Shown here in pieces: positions 39,601-47,843 of a stretch of 64,000 nucleotides of DNA. Within the stretch, counting starts at the first letter, position 1. Each line of letters opens with the position of its first letter. A program made the translations under genes and the position numbers. A model generated the notes under the pieces. The model was given only the letters and a program-made list of their open reading frames with translations. It did not search any database and was not told the origin of the DNA. The stretch is taken from positions 68,190 through 132,189 of the forward strand of contig CAZSKK010000001.1 of assembly GCA_964607415.1 (NCBI GenBank), read 5' to 3'. Source of the stretch: an uncultured Candidatus Saccharibacteria bacterium. GTDB taxonomy: Bacteria; Patescibacteriota; Dojkabacteria; J137.

Positions 39601-39798
39601 GTATTGAACTCCAAATGTTCCTCCGAAGGCACAGTAAAATGGATCTCCACCGCTTCCAAAGAAGAAATCGGCAAGAACTACCGATGGTGCAAAAAATGAA
39701 GTAAAGCTATACAATAGCAAGAAAGCCAACACTGGCTTCGGCTTAGGAATGATCTTACCAAGGAGCTTCCTAAGCCTTATTTTTTTGAGTATCCTCAT
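36664..39798 (-). CDS. Large repeat-rich surface adhesin with a C-terminal cell-wall sorting-like signal
   Basis: Signal peptide; many T/N/S-rich repeat (DUF11-like) modules; C-terminal IADTG + hydrophobic stretch + NFKKRKK tail; 1044 aa. Confidence 0.6.
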   Translation of the reverse strand: MRILKKIRLRKLLGKIIPKPKPVLAFLLLYSFTSFFAPSVVLADFFFGSGGDPFYCAFGGTFGVQYSNLGNGVSYNGGQVQGWGAGSIQGTPVNGVTAVNGFYGDRFDNMRHVAVPPGSTVQVGYWVWNLTGHNVNVPRVDLFTSRSNPSEGDITRLGAGGGYSTVCDAVGGCRSGNLVVIGNQGGFGADPNGNAGGRVVYSFNTIQPIQQVSYSATPEWSGANLNIRYDLTLRNVSTYNVGNIRVLDNLPSGATYDQTHSFSAGETRTITYYDNWNTSYPLNITNNVQIYDNNTYTESTSRAKSHSQDLSHDAQPGFIWRDDHNAPAGWAAPQGTWASQNFSTFSVSIIPYNFTSSNATVNLAPSVQTTKTVSDSNETNVTNNTALNRENITYNVSVTNNGGRVNDVVVTDNYDQNFVSINYADGGSDNGDTLTWNIPSLEHGETRTFAVQAQIFDLAHGDYLFPNSVTTNIPGSNTSTVTTNVNPRAVLDISKVVTDSDETSVEVNTVQGDHYNDSERRLTFSIDYANNGDTDATNVILTDDLTQFASVNEIQGVENISGGGSYDSNTNIITWNIGDLAEGEDGNFTFDLVLNRTAEQDRSIVNTATIDSEETSPLSDSTTTNVLTPRYRLSKTDNTTETNPGEFLTYTITLENLGTGDGYNLRIEDLLPEHVVLSEDSVDPEGNFDGNRTIIWEDTNVDEGLTLNAGQSRTFTYQVQIPLIMPGGTTTLINNVGLTTPTFESEIVTDSTDVLTPTLELTKVQDLPEVVAPGQPITYTLTYRNTGTGFSPSTTLVDSIPEHTLFVSFGESNPEVLGTYDAENNEVQWDLGNIQAGSEGSVSFTVVIEIPTPSDTEIRNSAIIYSPVVETVESEAVAVTTNACCMGGFIWDDNNKNGIFEEEEFGIENARIRLRWSASEYLPENEVELYTDQSGHYVYTGLPFYTPLHVTVEMPNGFDEFTTVNEYTLALLPPREDGVPEDYVEDGIRYVTASGCITFLNAGIYRDIVIADTGDSILIPIGLGISLIGVGVTMLILNFKKRKK

Positions 39799-39828
39799 AA
39801 AATAAGGTGATAAAAAATATAATAATTA

Positions 39829-40161
39829 TTAGGTTTTAACCTCTTCTTTTAATTTCACTTTTACTTGTTTAAGTTTTCTATCAATTTGAATATCAAATAT
39901 TCCATGCTTAACTAATTCCACTAATCCTTTTTCTATTTGATATTCAGTTAATCCAGTTGGAGAAATTAATGTTTTAATTCGGATCTCTTCTTCAATACAC
40001 CATCCGTATCTAAGTTCATCTAGTAAAACGATTACATCTGTTTTCAAATTCTTAATTAAAACTGTAAAAAGAAAACAACCAACTTTTAGTTCTTCTTCGG
40101 AAGTTTGATCTAAACATTCAGAAATAAATTGAATAAATCTCTTATATATTTCAGCTTTCAT
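39829..40161 (-). CDS. Hypothetical protein
   Basis: 110 aa ORF. Confidence 0.3.
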   Translation of the reverse strand: MKAEIYKRFIQFISECLDQTSEEELKVGCFLFTVLIKNLKTDVIVLLDELRYGWCIEEEIRIKTLISPTGLTEYQIEKGLVELVKHGIFDIQIDRKLKQVKVKLKEEVKT

Positions 40162-40561
40162 CTGATAAATTAATTAAAATTAAATTCTCAATATTGATAG
40201 TTGTAGACTTATCAATTATTTTCTTTTTATAATTTTTGACTTTCACTCCTTCAGATTGAGCATTTAGAATTAATTTTCTAATTCGTTCTGCAATCTTTTG
40301 TTCTCTACTTGAAAGGTTTTTGATAGCTTCTTGAAAGTCTTCATTGTCTGAAATGATGAAGAAACCATAAGGACCTTTAGTAGTTGAACCTATAGCGTAA
40401 CCTTCATCATTTACAAGCATTTGAACAGCTCTACGAATTTCTCTATCAGTTAAGCTAACCTTTTCAGCAATCTCATCCACTTGAATAGGATTAGATTTGC
40501 CTACATGTTTCTTTATTAACTTGACGATTCTTTGTAGTTGTTTATCACTTAACTTTTGCAT
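40151..40561 (-). CDS. Hypothetical protein
   Basis: 136 aa ORF overlapping its neighbours (operon). Confidence 0.3.
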   Translation of the reverse strand: MQKLSDKQLQRIVKLIKKHVGKSNPIQVDEIAEKVSLTDREIRRAVQMLVNDEGYAIGSTTKGPYGFFIISDNEDFQEAIKNLSSREQKIAERIRKLILNAQSEGVKVKNYKKKIIDKSTTINIENLILINLSDES

Positions 40562-40829
40562 TTCTGTATGTTTTGATTTTTAATTTTTTTCGATAATCAC
40601 CAATACTCTCCTTAGAAATAATGAAGAAAATCATGTCAGGCTTAGTCTTAAGTGCTCTAGCAATTCTTAAAAGAGTTAAACTAGTTGGCTCTGCCTGCCA
40701 ATTCTCAATTCTTCTATATGTCCAAAGAGTGATATCGGCTTTACGAGCAAGAGTCTCTTGTGATATCTTTCTATTCCTCCTTATTGTTTTGAGGTGATTG
40801 ATCACCACTTCATCGGGACTCTCTTTCAT
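40545..40829 (-). CDS. XRE-family helix-turn-helix transcriptional regulator
   Basis: RKISQETLARKADITLWTYRRIENWQAEPTSLTLLRIARAL, a Cro/C1-type HTH. Confidence 0.7.
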   Translation of the reverse strand: MKESPDEVVINHLKTIRRNRKISQETLARKADITLWTYRRIENWQAEPTSLTLLRIARALKTKPDMIFFIISKESIGDYRKKLKIKTYRNAKVK

Positions 40830-41118
40830 ACAGATATATTAAGTGCGTAAGAATTTATTAACGAAGATTTTATAAAAGTGTATTTGATAAATCCTTGTCA
40901 AAAAGTAAGTTGATTGGGCTTTTGCGAATTTTGTACTTTTTGTAAAGGTTAGGACATACTAAGATATACCTTCTCACTTTGTGGATTTATAGTAGGATAA
41001 CCTTACCCTTAGTGGTAAAGGATAGCAGCGTTGATACTTACAAAAACATTCCATTTAAAACTTTTCCAAATCTGCTTCAAATATCAAAATCACCTTATAA
41101 ATTTCTTAATTTATATCT

Positions 41119-41388
41119 ATGACAATATTAGAAGCACGTAAAATTCTTGAATTAAGTGAGGATGAATATTCAGATTCACAAATAGAAGAAATCATTGATG
41201 AAACATTTCGTCTTGCAAAGTTCTTTTTAGATAGATTTATGAAAGGGGATATTATCCCTGATGAAGCTATAAAAGAATTTGAAAAAACAGAGAAATCCAA
41301 ATTACCACTAAAACTTTTTACTGAAATTAGTTATAATTCGGATGAAGACAAATCTAAATTAACACAAGTGGAAAATTCCGACTCTTAA
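41119..41388 (+). CDS. Small acidic hypothetical protein upstream of the recombinase (candidate directionality factor, speculative)
   Basis: 89 aa; followed by a long-stem hairpin gggtacttgtgg ... ccacgagtaccc + T run at about 41406..41460. Confidence 0.25.
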   Translation: MTILEARKILELSEDEYSDSQIEEIIDETFRLAKFFLDRFMKGDIIPDEAIKEFEKTEKSKLPLKLFTEISYNSDEDKSKLTQVENSDS

Positions 41389-41491
41389 AAGTAGGGGTTA
41401 AAAACGGGTACTTGTGGACTACATTTCCACTTTTTGGATTTGTCTTCACCCACGAGTACCCTTTTTTATTTAACTTTGCTTTTTAAGAGAA

Positions 41492-43114
41492 ATGTTACCA
41501 GAGTTTGAGCCATCAACAGACAAAAACTTAAAGATTCCTAGATACTTGGAAAGGACGGTAGCTTTCTATATTCGTGTCAGTGATCCAAAGCAATTGGAGA
41601 AATTCAGCGTTCCTACACAAATCGCTCAATCAAGAGAATATGCTAAACGAGAAAAAATGCGTGAAGTCGGTATCTTCATAGAAAAGGGACAATCAGCTAA
41701 AACTTCAGATAGAACTGAGCTTCAAAACTTACTTCATTTCATCACAAAAAATAAGAATAAGGTTGATTATGTCTTAGTATATAAGATTGATAGATGGGCA
41801 AGAAATAGCATGGACTATTATGCTCTTAAAACTATACTTCTTAAAAATGGTACAAATTTAATCTCATTAATTGAATCACAAGTAGATGATTCACCTACAG
41901 GAAGGTTTCTTGAAAGCTTGTTTTCTGCTGTTGCTCAATTAGATAATGAAAATAAAGGGATTAGAGTTAGAGAATGTATGCGTAGCAAGGCGTTAGATGG
42001 TCATTACCCTGGTAAACCTTATTATGGATATAAAAATCATCCGAAATCAAAGATTCTAGTTAGAGATTTAGAGTATTACGAACACATAAAAAATGCACTT
42101 ATTGATTTTTCTTTAGGGACTACAATACCTGAATTAGTTGAAAGATTTAGAAGAGCTGGTTTGAGAACTAAAGGATGGAACAAGACACCAAGAAGAGAAT
42201 TTAATACAAAAGATATTTGGAAGATACTTACTAAAAGTAGGTTTTACGCTGGTTATTTTGACTGGGGAGAAGTTAAGGATCAATTCGGTAAACACGAGAC
42301 TATGATAACTTGGAAGCAACATACAAAGATACAATCTTTACTCTATCAGAAATCACAATGTGTTTCTCAAGAGCTTATCCAAGATGAACCTTATTTTATA
42401 TTTAATTTTAACCTTACTGGCAAGGAAGGATTTGTGCATTGCAATATCTGCAATAGTAGACTACGTTCTTGCTTCTCCAAAGGTAAAATGGGTACTAGAT
42501 ACCCTTATTATTATTGTTATAACAAAAATTGCACTATGGATAAAAAATCAATCAAAAAACATGAATTAGAACAATTATTCGAAGTATTATTGCAAAAAAT
42601 TACACCTTCAGAAAAGTTCGCTAACCTTTTTAAACATTCAGTAGTTGAACTATGGGAGAAAGAACATGCTATTTATGATGAAAGACATAAACATGCAGAG
42701 AAAAAGCTAGATGATCTAAAAGATAAGAAAGATTACATTAACAAGATGCACAGAACTGGCAGATATAGTGATGAAGAATACGATGAAGAAATAGCCCTAT
42801 GGAAAAATGAAATGGCAGTTGTTCGTCTGGAAATAAATGAAAACTTAATTGATCGAAATGAACTAGAAGTTTTATTGGTTCAAGCAGAACTATTTATAAC
42901 TAGGCTCGAACCCTTGTATCGTTCCTTCAGTACAGAGAATAAGAGACGTTTTTCAACATTAATCTTCCCAAAAGGTGTACGATACGAAAATGGCAAGATC
43001 GAACCCGTGGAAAAGTCCACGCTATTTGAATATCTGGGTGATTTACAGGCTAAAAATGTTGATGTAAATCAAATGGTGACCTCACGGGGAATCGAACCCC
43101 GATTGCCAGGATGA
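41492..43114 (+). CDS. Large serine recombinase (integrase)
   Basis: Catalytic region AFYIRVSDPKQ ... DRWARN; recombinase and Cys-rich zinc-ribbon (C...C ... C..C) domains, C-terminal coiled coil; 540 aa; last 41 nt overlap the tRNA-Glu gene. Confidence 0.85.
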   Translation: MLPEFEPSTDKNLKIPRYLERTVAFYIRVSDPKQLEKFSVPTQIAQSREYAKREKMREVGIFIEKGQSAKTSDRTELQNLLHFITKNKNKVDYVLVYKIDRWARNSMDYYALKTILLKNGTNLISLIESQVDDSPTGRFLESLFSAVAQLDNENKGIRVRECMRSKALDGHYPGKPYYGYKNHPKSKILVRDLEYYEHIKNALIDFSLGTTIPELVERFRRAGLRTKGWNKTPRREFNTKDIWKILTKSRFYAGYFDWGEVKDQFGKHETMITWKQHTKIQSLLYQKSQCVSQELIQDEPYFIFNFNLTGKEGFVHCNICNSRLRSCFSKGKMGTRYPYYYCYNKNCTMDKKSIKKHELEQLFEVLLQKITPSEKFANLFKHSVVELWEKEHAIYDERHKHAEKKLDDLKDKKDYINKMHRTGRYSDEEYDEEIALWKNEMAVVRLEINENLIDRNELEVLLVQAELFITRLEPLYRSFSTENKRRFSTLIFPKGVRYENGKIEPVEKSTLFEYLGDLQAKNVDVNQMVTSRGIEPRLPG

Positions 43115-43148
43115 AAACCTGGTGTCCTAACCGTTAGACGATAAGGCC
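43074..43148 (-). tRNA. tRNA-Glu (anticodon UUC)
   Basis: Folded by hand: acceptor GGCCTTA / TGAGGTC (two G-U pairs); D arm GTCT ... GGAC; anticodon stem CCAGG / CCTGG with loop TTTTCAT (UUC); 4-nt variable loop; T arm CGGGG-TTCGATT-CCCCG; discriminator A + CCA. Confidence 0.85.
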
Positions 43149-43539
43149 CAAAAACTTGCCTTGAATTGCAAGTTTTTGCAGTTACTTCAACAAAGTTGAA
43201 GTCATTTGCGATAACTTACCAATTTAGCAAATAATTAGTTTTAATTTAAAAGAACAGCTTATTCTGCTGTACCTGAAAATCATTTATAAAAGTACATGCT
43301 TTAAAGATTGTTAAAGCCTATATATAACAATGTTCAAGATATCTTTAAAGCACTGTAATTATAAACAATTTAATTTGTTTTGTGAATTAGATTTTTTTAT
43401 AAAATAGTTTCTGGATTTATCAAAACTTTGTAAACAAAAAATGAACTTGTTCCACTTCTTTTTTAATAACAGCAATCAACCCTCATCTGATATAATTTTT
43501 CAATAGAAAAGCCAGAGTACTCATTACACTATATTTACT

Positions 43540-44199
43540 ATGAGTGATTCATTTGATAAAAACCCACCGGAAAATAGATATTTGAGAGATCTAGGGGATT
43601 ATACCTCTATGTTGAAGCACTACCTAAAAGGATATGCTCCAGGTTTTACTTTAGTTGATAAAACTGGCACTTATCATAAAAAATATTTTGGATACAATCC
43701 CGATAAATATTACGATGAACCTAGTGATTCTGAAAATCAATTAGAATCTATATTCAAAAATGCAAAAACAATACTGGATTTAGGAAGCGGCCAAGGAGAT
43801 TCAGTTAAAAGTGTATTAAAATTTACGCCAAACGTTGCAAGTGTACATACAGTTGATAGTGGATTTACTTCCATACAAATACCTGCTCAACAACATTCCC
43901 ATTTCCAGTCTGACATAAGTGCATTTTTGCAAGATATGCCTACTCTAAATACAGTCTATGATATTGTAATAATGAGAGGAGTTCCTACCCATCATTTGGA
44001 TGCAGCGAATTACGAATCACTATTTCAAAATATTTCAGCCAAAGGTATAGTTTTGGAATTTGGCGATACTTTACTGAATGCTAATGAAATGATTAGAGTT
44101 GGATTTCGGGAACTAATGTCTGTAGAAACAATTGCACCTCGTGGTGATAGACTGTATGATAGAATTTGGCAAAAAACAGACAGCAATCTTACAAGCTGA
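43540..44199 (+). CDS. SAM-dependent methyltransferase-like protein
   Basis: KTILDLGSGQGDSVK (motif I-like). Confidence 0.4.
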   Translation: MSDSFDKNPPENRYLRDLGDYTSMLKHYLKGYAPGFTLVDKTGTYHKKYFGYNPDKYYDEPSDSENQLESIFKNAKTILDLGSGQGDSVKSVLKFTPNVASVHTVDSGFTSIQIPAQQHSHFQSDISAFLQDMPTLNTVYDIVIMRGVPTHHLDAANYESLFQNISAKGIVLEFGDTLLNANEMIRVGFRELMSVETIAPRGDRLYDRIWQKTDSNLTS

Positions 44200-44201
44200 A
44201 G

Positions 44202-44660
44202 CTACTCTCTTTCAATCTTCTTCGCCTCCCTATTCACATTTTCTGTAAATCTAGTTAAAAAATCCACAATAACTTCCAACTCTTTATCCGAATAACTATC
44301 AATTAAATCTTTGTGCGCTTTTTGAATTCCAGTAACTAAATTTTTAGAATCTTTTGCATACTGCTCGTTTATCTCAATCAAAGTTCCTCGCCTATCATTT
44401 GGATTTGATTTACGCTTTATAATATTCTTTTTTTCTAATCTATCTAACATTGTGGTTGTTGAACCAGATGTAAGTCCAGTAAATTTTGCAAGCTCAGTTG
44501 GTGTAGAAACTCCCTTTACCCCAAGCAAAGTTAAACAAACTGATTCAGTTAAATTTAAATCAAACTTTTTTGCCATTACATTTCTAAATAAAATGGAACT
44601 GATGCCATTATCACGCGCTGCCATTAACACTTTTGTTTTTAAATCTGGATTTTTATTCAT
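44202..44660 (-). CDS. MarR-family transcriptional regulator
   Basis: Winged-helix LTESVCLTLLGVKGVSTPTELAKFTGLTSGSTTTMLDRLEKKNIIKRKSNPNDRRGTLIEI. Confidence 0.75.
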   Translation of the reverse strand: MNKNPDLKTKVLMAARDNGISSILFRNVMAKKFDLNLTESVCLTLLGVKGVSTPTELAKFTGLTSGSTTTMLDRLEKKNIIKRKSNPNDRRGTLIEINEQYAKDSKNLVTGIQKAHKDLIDSYSDKELEVIVDFLTRFTENVNREAKKIERE

Positions 44661-44759
44661 AAAATTGTTGACACTAGCTTGGAAATAAAGTATCTTGATT
44701 ATAAAGCAATTTTAAACAGGAATCAATCTACTTCGTAATTTATTTTTTATTATATATAT

Positions 44760-45203
44760 ATGAATTCAGAAAAAAACACAACAGGCACTTTTTCCGATTT
44801 TGAAAAAGAAGCAATGAGAAATAGAGCCAAAGAACTTAAAGAAGAAGCAAAAGCCCTTAAAAATCGTGATGCTGGTTTAAAAATGATTATGACCGCAATT
44901 GATGCAATGACAGGAAATGATAAAGAAATGGCTAAAAAAATTCACGATATTGTAACTAAAGCTGCTCCAGAATTAATGCCAAAAACCTGGTACGGAATGC
45001 CAGCATATGCCGATAAAAATGGTAAAGCAGTAGTATTTTTTCAACCTGCAGATAAATTTAAAGCACGCTACTCTACACTAGGTTTTAATGATTCAGCAAA
45101 ATTGGACGAAGGAAATATGTGGCCTTCATCTTTTGCACTTATAAAGTTAACAAGTGAGGAAGAAATAAGAATTGCAGATTTGGTAAAAAAAGCTGTTGGA
45201 TAA
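44760..45203 (+). CDS. Hypothetical protein (DUF1801/YdhG-like, tentative)
   Basis: 147 aa; WYGMPAY segment. Confidence 0.3.
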   Translation: MNSEKNTTGTFSDFEKEAMRNRAKELKEEAKALKNRDAGLKMIMTAIDAMTGNDKEMAKKIHDIVTKAAPELMPKTWYGMPAYADKNGKAVVFFQPADKFKARYSTLGFNDSAKLDEGNMWPSSFALIKLTSEEEIRIADLVKKAVG

Positions 45204-45316
45204 TTTCAAATTTGTTTTGAAATTCACTTGAACTCCGTCATTCAAAATGCAATAATATCTGTACACATGAAAACGCTTACCCTGAACACAATTATTGGTT
45301 TCTGCTAAGGATTTAG

Positions 45317-45343
45317 CCCCGCATAATAGCGGGGTTTTTTTTT
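45317..45343 (+). terminator. Rho-independent terminator
   Basis: ccccgc-ataata-gcgggg followed by a T9 run. Confidence 0.75.
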
Positions 45344-45353
45344 ACTCTTTTTT

Positions 45354-46802
45354 ATGACACAAACAAACTCATCAAAAAATTATAGAAGAGTAAACTTGAA
45401 GCTAAGCCTTAGTACTTCAAAAAAGCTAGAGGAAGTAGCTATAAAAAATGGTGTTAGCAAATCTAAACTCATAAGACAATGGATTTTGAGTGCTAAACAT
45501 GATAGTTATCCTGCTTGGGGTAATACTTCAAAGATGTCCAAGACTTACAATTTAAGAATGTCTGTTACTGAAATTAAAAGAATTGAAGAAATTGCTATTT
45601 ATAATGATATTACTTTTAGTGAAGGTTTAAGACGTGTTATTGACTCTCAACTTTTCCTTTCTAAAAAACCAGTTGAAATAAAAAATTTTTATCACGAAAG
45701 TTCCGAAGACTCGCTTAAAGTTCTATGGATGAGGGGTAGGCTGAATGAGCTAAGTGAGCTTTTAGGTAATGATTTAAACAAACTTAGCATAGAAGAACTT
45801 GTACTTTTTGCAAGAAGTCATAAGGAACTTGGAAACTTAAACCAGGCAGAGAATGCAGCAAAATTGCTAAAACATCGCTCATCCAAAATCAATGATATGT
45901 CATACAGAATTAAATTATCAACCGCAGTAAAACTTATTGAAATTGATATTTATTTATACAAACGAGACATTTTAAAAGTTAAATTTTTATTAGAACAGCT
46001 AAGTGTATTAAGACCAGAAATTGTGGACAGAGGAATGGCCGGACTTTATTACTGTCAGCTAGGTGAAGCTTCTGCATTTTCGGAGGATTACTTGACAGCA
46101 ATAAATTATTACGAGAAAGGTTTAGACTACCTTGATGTTTGTAACCACCCTACGCTTATGATCAGAATTTATGTAAGACTAGCAAGGATTTATGAATATT
46201 TATTGGATTATAAATCTGCCCAGAAATACTTTAATAAGGTTTATTCAATCAACAAAACTATTGATAATCAATTGTATTGGGGATGGTTTTATAATGATAA
46301 GGCGATTTTTGATTTCTTAAAAGGTGATTTAAAAGAAGTTGAAGAATCTTTTAAAAAAAGTCTGAATTATTATTCAGAAATAGGCTGTTATAGAGGCGAG
46401 TGTTATGTACATGATCATTTTGCAAGAACAATGTTGTACCAGAACAAACCAGAAGAAGCTTATAGGCTGTTTATGAAAGCAATTGACTTGGAGAAGAACT
46501 TTAGAAATCCAGATGCATTTAGCTACATAAAACTATGTAAATGGTTTATAGAATCCAGAGACAAGTTTGAAGAATCTATTGATAATATTCAAAAAATGAG
46601 AGAGAAAACTACTTCAGGTTTTGAACCAAGCTTTGGCGATTATTTTTTTAATGCTACAAAATTTGTAAATGGAAAAAACGAAGAAACTATAAAAGAAGGT
46701 AAAGAAGGTTTAGAAAGACTTTCTGACATATCTGAAAATAAATTGGTTGCATTTGCTTCAAAAAACGTTATTTCTACAGGTCTACTTCAGGCGATAAGAT
46801 AG
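45354..46802 (+). CDS. Hypothetical regulator-like protein: two N-terminal ribbon-helix-helix-like repeats plus C-terminal TPR-like helical repeats
   Basis: Repeated VSKSKLIRQWIL / FSEGLRRVIDSQL modules; alpha-helical C-terminal repeats with Y/L/A periodicity. Confidence 0.3.
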   Translation: MTQTNSSKNYRRVNLKLSLSTSKKLEEVAIKNGVSKSKLIRQWILSAKHDSYPAWGNTSKMSKTYNLRMSVTEIKRIEEIAIYNDITFSEGLRRVIDSQLFLSKKPVEIKNFYHESSEDSLKVLWMRGRLNELSELLGNDLNKLSIEELVLFARSHKELGNLNQAENAAKLLKHRSSKINDMSYRIKLSTAVKLIEIDIYLYKRDILKVKFLLEQLSVLRPEIVDRGMAGLYYCQLGEASAFSEDYLTAINYYEKGLDYLDVCNHPTLMIRIYVRLARIYEYLLDYKSAQKYFNKVYSINKTIDNQLYWGWFYNDKAIFDFLKGDLKEVEESFKKSLNYYSEIGCYRGECYVHDHFARTMLYQNKPEEAYRLFMKAIDLEKNFRNPDAFSYIKLCKWFIESRDKFEESIDNIQKMREKTTSGFEPSFGDYFFNATKFVNGKNEETIKEGKEGLERLSDISENKLVAFASKNVISTGLLQAIR

Positions 46803-46849
46803 TTAGCAGTTAGCTGTTAGCACTTAGCGTTTAGCGTATAGCGAATAGC
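46801..46849. repeat. Seven tandem heptamer repeats (nnTTAGC x5, nnATAGC x2)
   Basis: agttagc agttagc tgttagc acttagc gtttagc gtatagc gaatagc, starting at the stop codon of the upstream gene. Confidence 0.7.
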
Positions 46850-46949
46850 TAATAAAAAATAGTAAAAGGTAACTAGTAAAAAGTGATTACCCTAGGTCGA
46901 AATAGAGAAATAGCAACATAGTATATTTTTATGTTAAAATTCACTCTAT

Positions 46950-47807
46950 ATGGATTATATATCTATAGATTCAAATAGCAGACATAATTTGTATGCAGAT
47001 CAAATAAATCTGTACAAACACCTAGAGGGTAACATAGCCAGACAAATTACACATATTAGTGGAGTTTTAGATCTCATTCAAATAACTGGTGATGTTTCGC
47101 CAACGTTTCAAACTTTTCCTGAGTGGTGGAGTGAACAAGTTGTAAATATGCTAAAAATTTTAATGAAGGTGGAGGAAGATGTGATTCACTTCATGGAATC
47201 AAATAAGACTGAACAAACTATTCTTGGTTTATCGATGATAAGTGCAAGAATTCTTAATAAGCTTACTCCTAGTGAGCTTTCCAGTATTAAAATTTGTACA
47301 AATCAAATTATTGCTATTGTTAAAAGTGAGCTGGAAATAGCAATGAGCGATGAAGATTTAGAAATCAAAGCTAAGCAAATTTCTAGCTTAAGAGGCGGTG
47401 GTCAGCCTATCGAAGACTATATGAAAGCTAACTTTCCTTTCCTAGTTTCAGCTCCAAAGGAAAGAGAAGCAATGATCCTTACAGGAATGACAAAAGAAGA
47501 GTTGGAAGATATTACAGGACTAGATGATGAACAAATAGAGGTCTTTATCCACGAGATAGAGGTATTGGAAGGGGTGACTAAAAACGAATATGAGGAAGCT
47601 ATGAAAACAAGATTGGATGATTTGCTTTATTTAACAGGTTTGTCCATTCAAGAGCTAGCTCTAGAAGCAAAATTAAAGTTAGAATCTTTGAGAATTCTGA
47701 TGGATCAGCCATTAGATTTATTTTCCAAGCTGTCAAGTTTAGTTCTTTCACTTCAACTTTCGTTAGTTGCGTTAAGTTTTGAAGAGAGATTAAAATCAAA
47801 AAATTAG
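46950..47807 (+). CDS. Hypothetical acidic protein
   Basis: 285 aa ORF. Confidence 0.3.
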   Translation: MDYISIDSNSRHNLYADQINLYKHLEGNIARQITHISGVLDLIQITGDVSPTFQTFPEWWSEQVVNMLKILMKVEEDVIHFMESNKTEQTILGLSMISARILNKLTPSELSSIKICTNQIIAIVKSELEIAMSDEDLEIKAKQISSLRGGGQPIEDYMKANFPFLVSAPKEREAMILTGMTKEELEDITGLDDEQIEVFIHEIEVLEGVTKNEYEEAMKTRLDDLLYLTGLSIQELALEAKLKLESLRILMDQPLDLFSKLSSLVLSLQLSLVALSFEERLKSKN

Positions 47808-47843
47808 ATATAATTTATTACCTAAACTTTTAAAAACTTCTAA

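Larger units (their letters stand above)
12541..43148. mobile_element. Integrated conjugative-element-like region (left boundary approximate) ending at tRNA-Glu
   Basis: A large serine recombinase overlaps the tRNA at the right end. T4SS ATPases, RepA_N initiator, SSBs, XRE regulator, sortase and adhesin, RM/defence cargo, all small minus-strand hypotheticals. The left end was not located, so 12.5 kb is a guess from the gene-content change. Confidence 0.5.
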
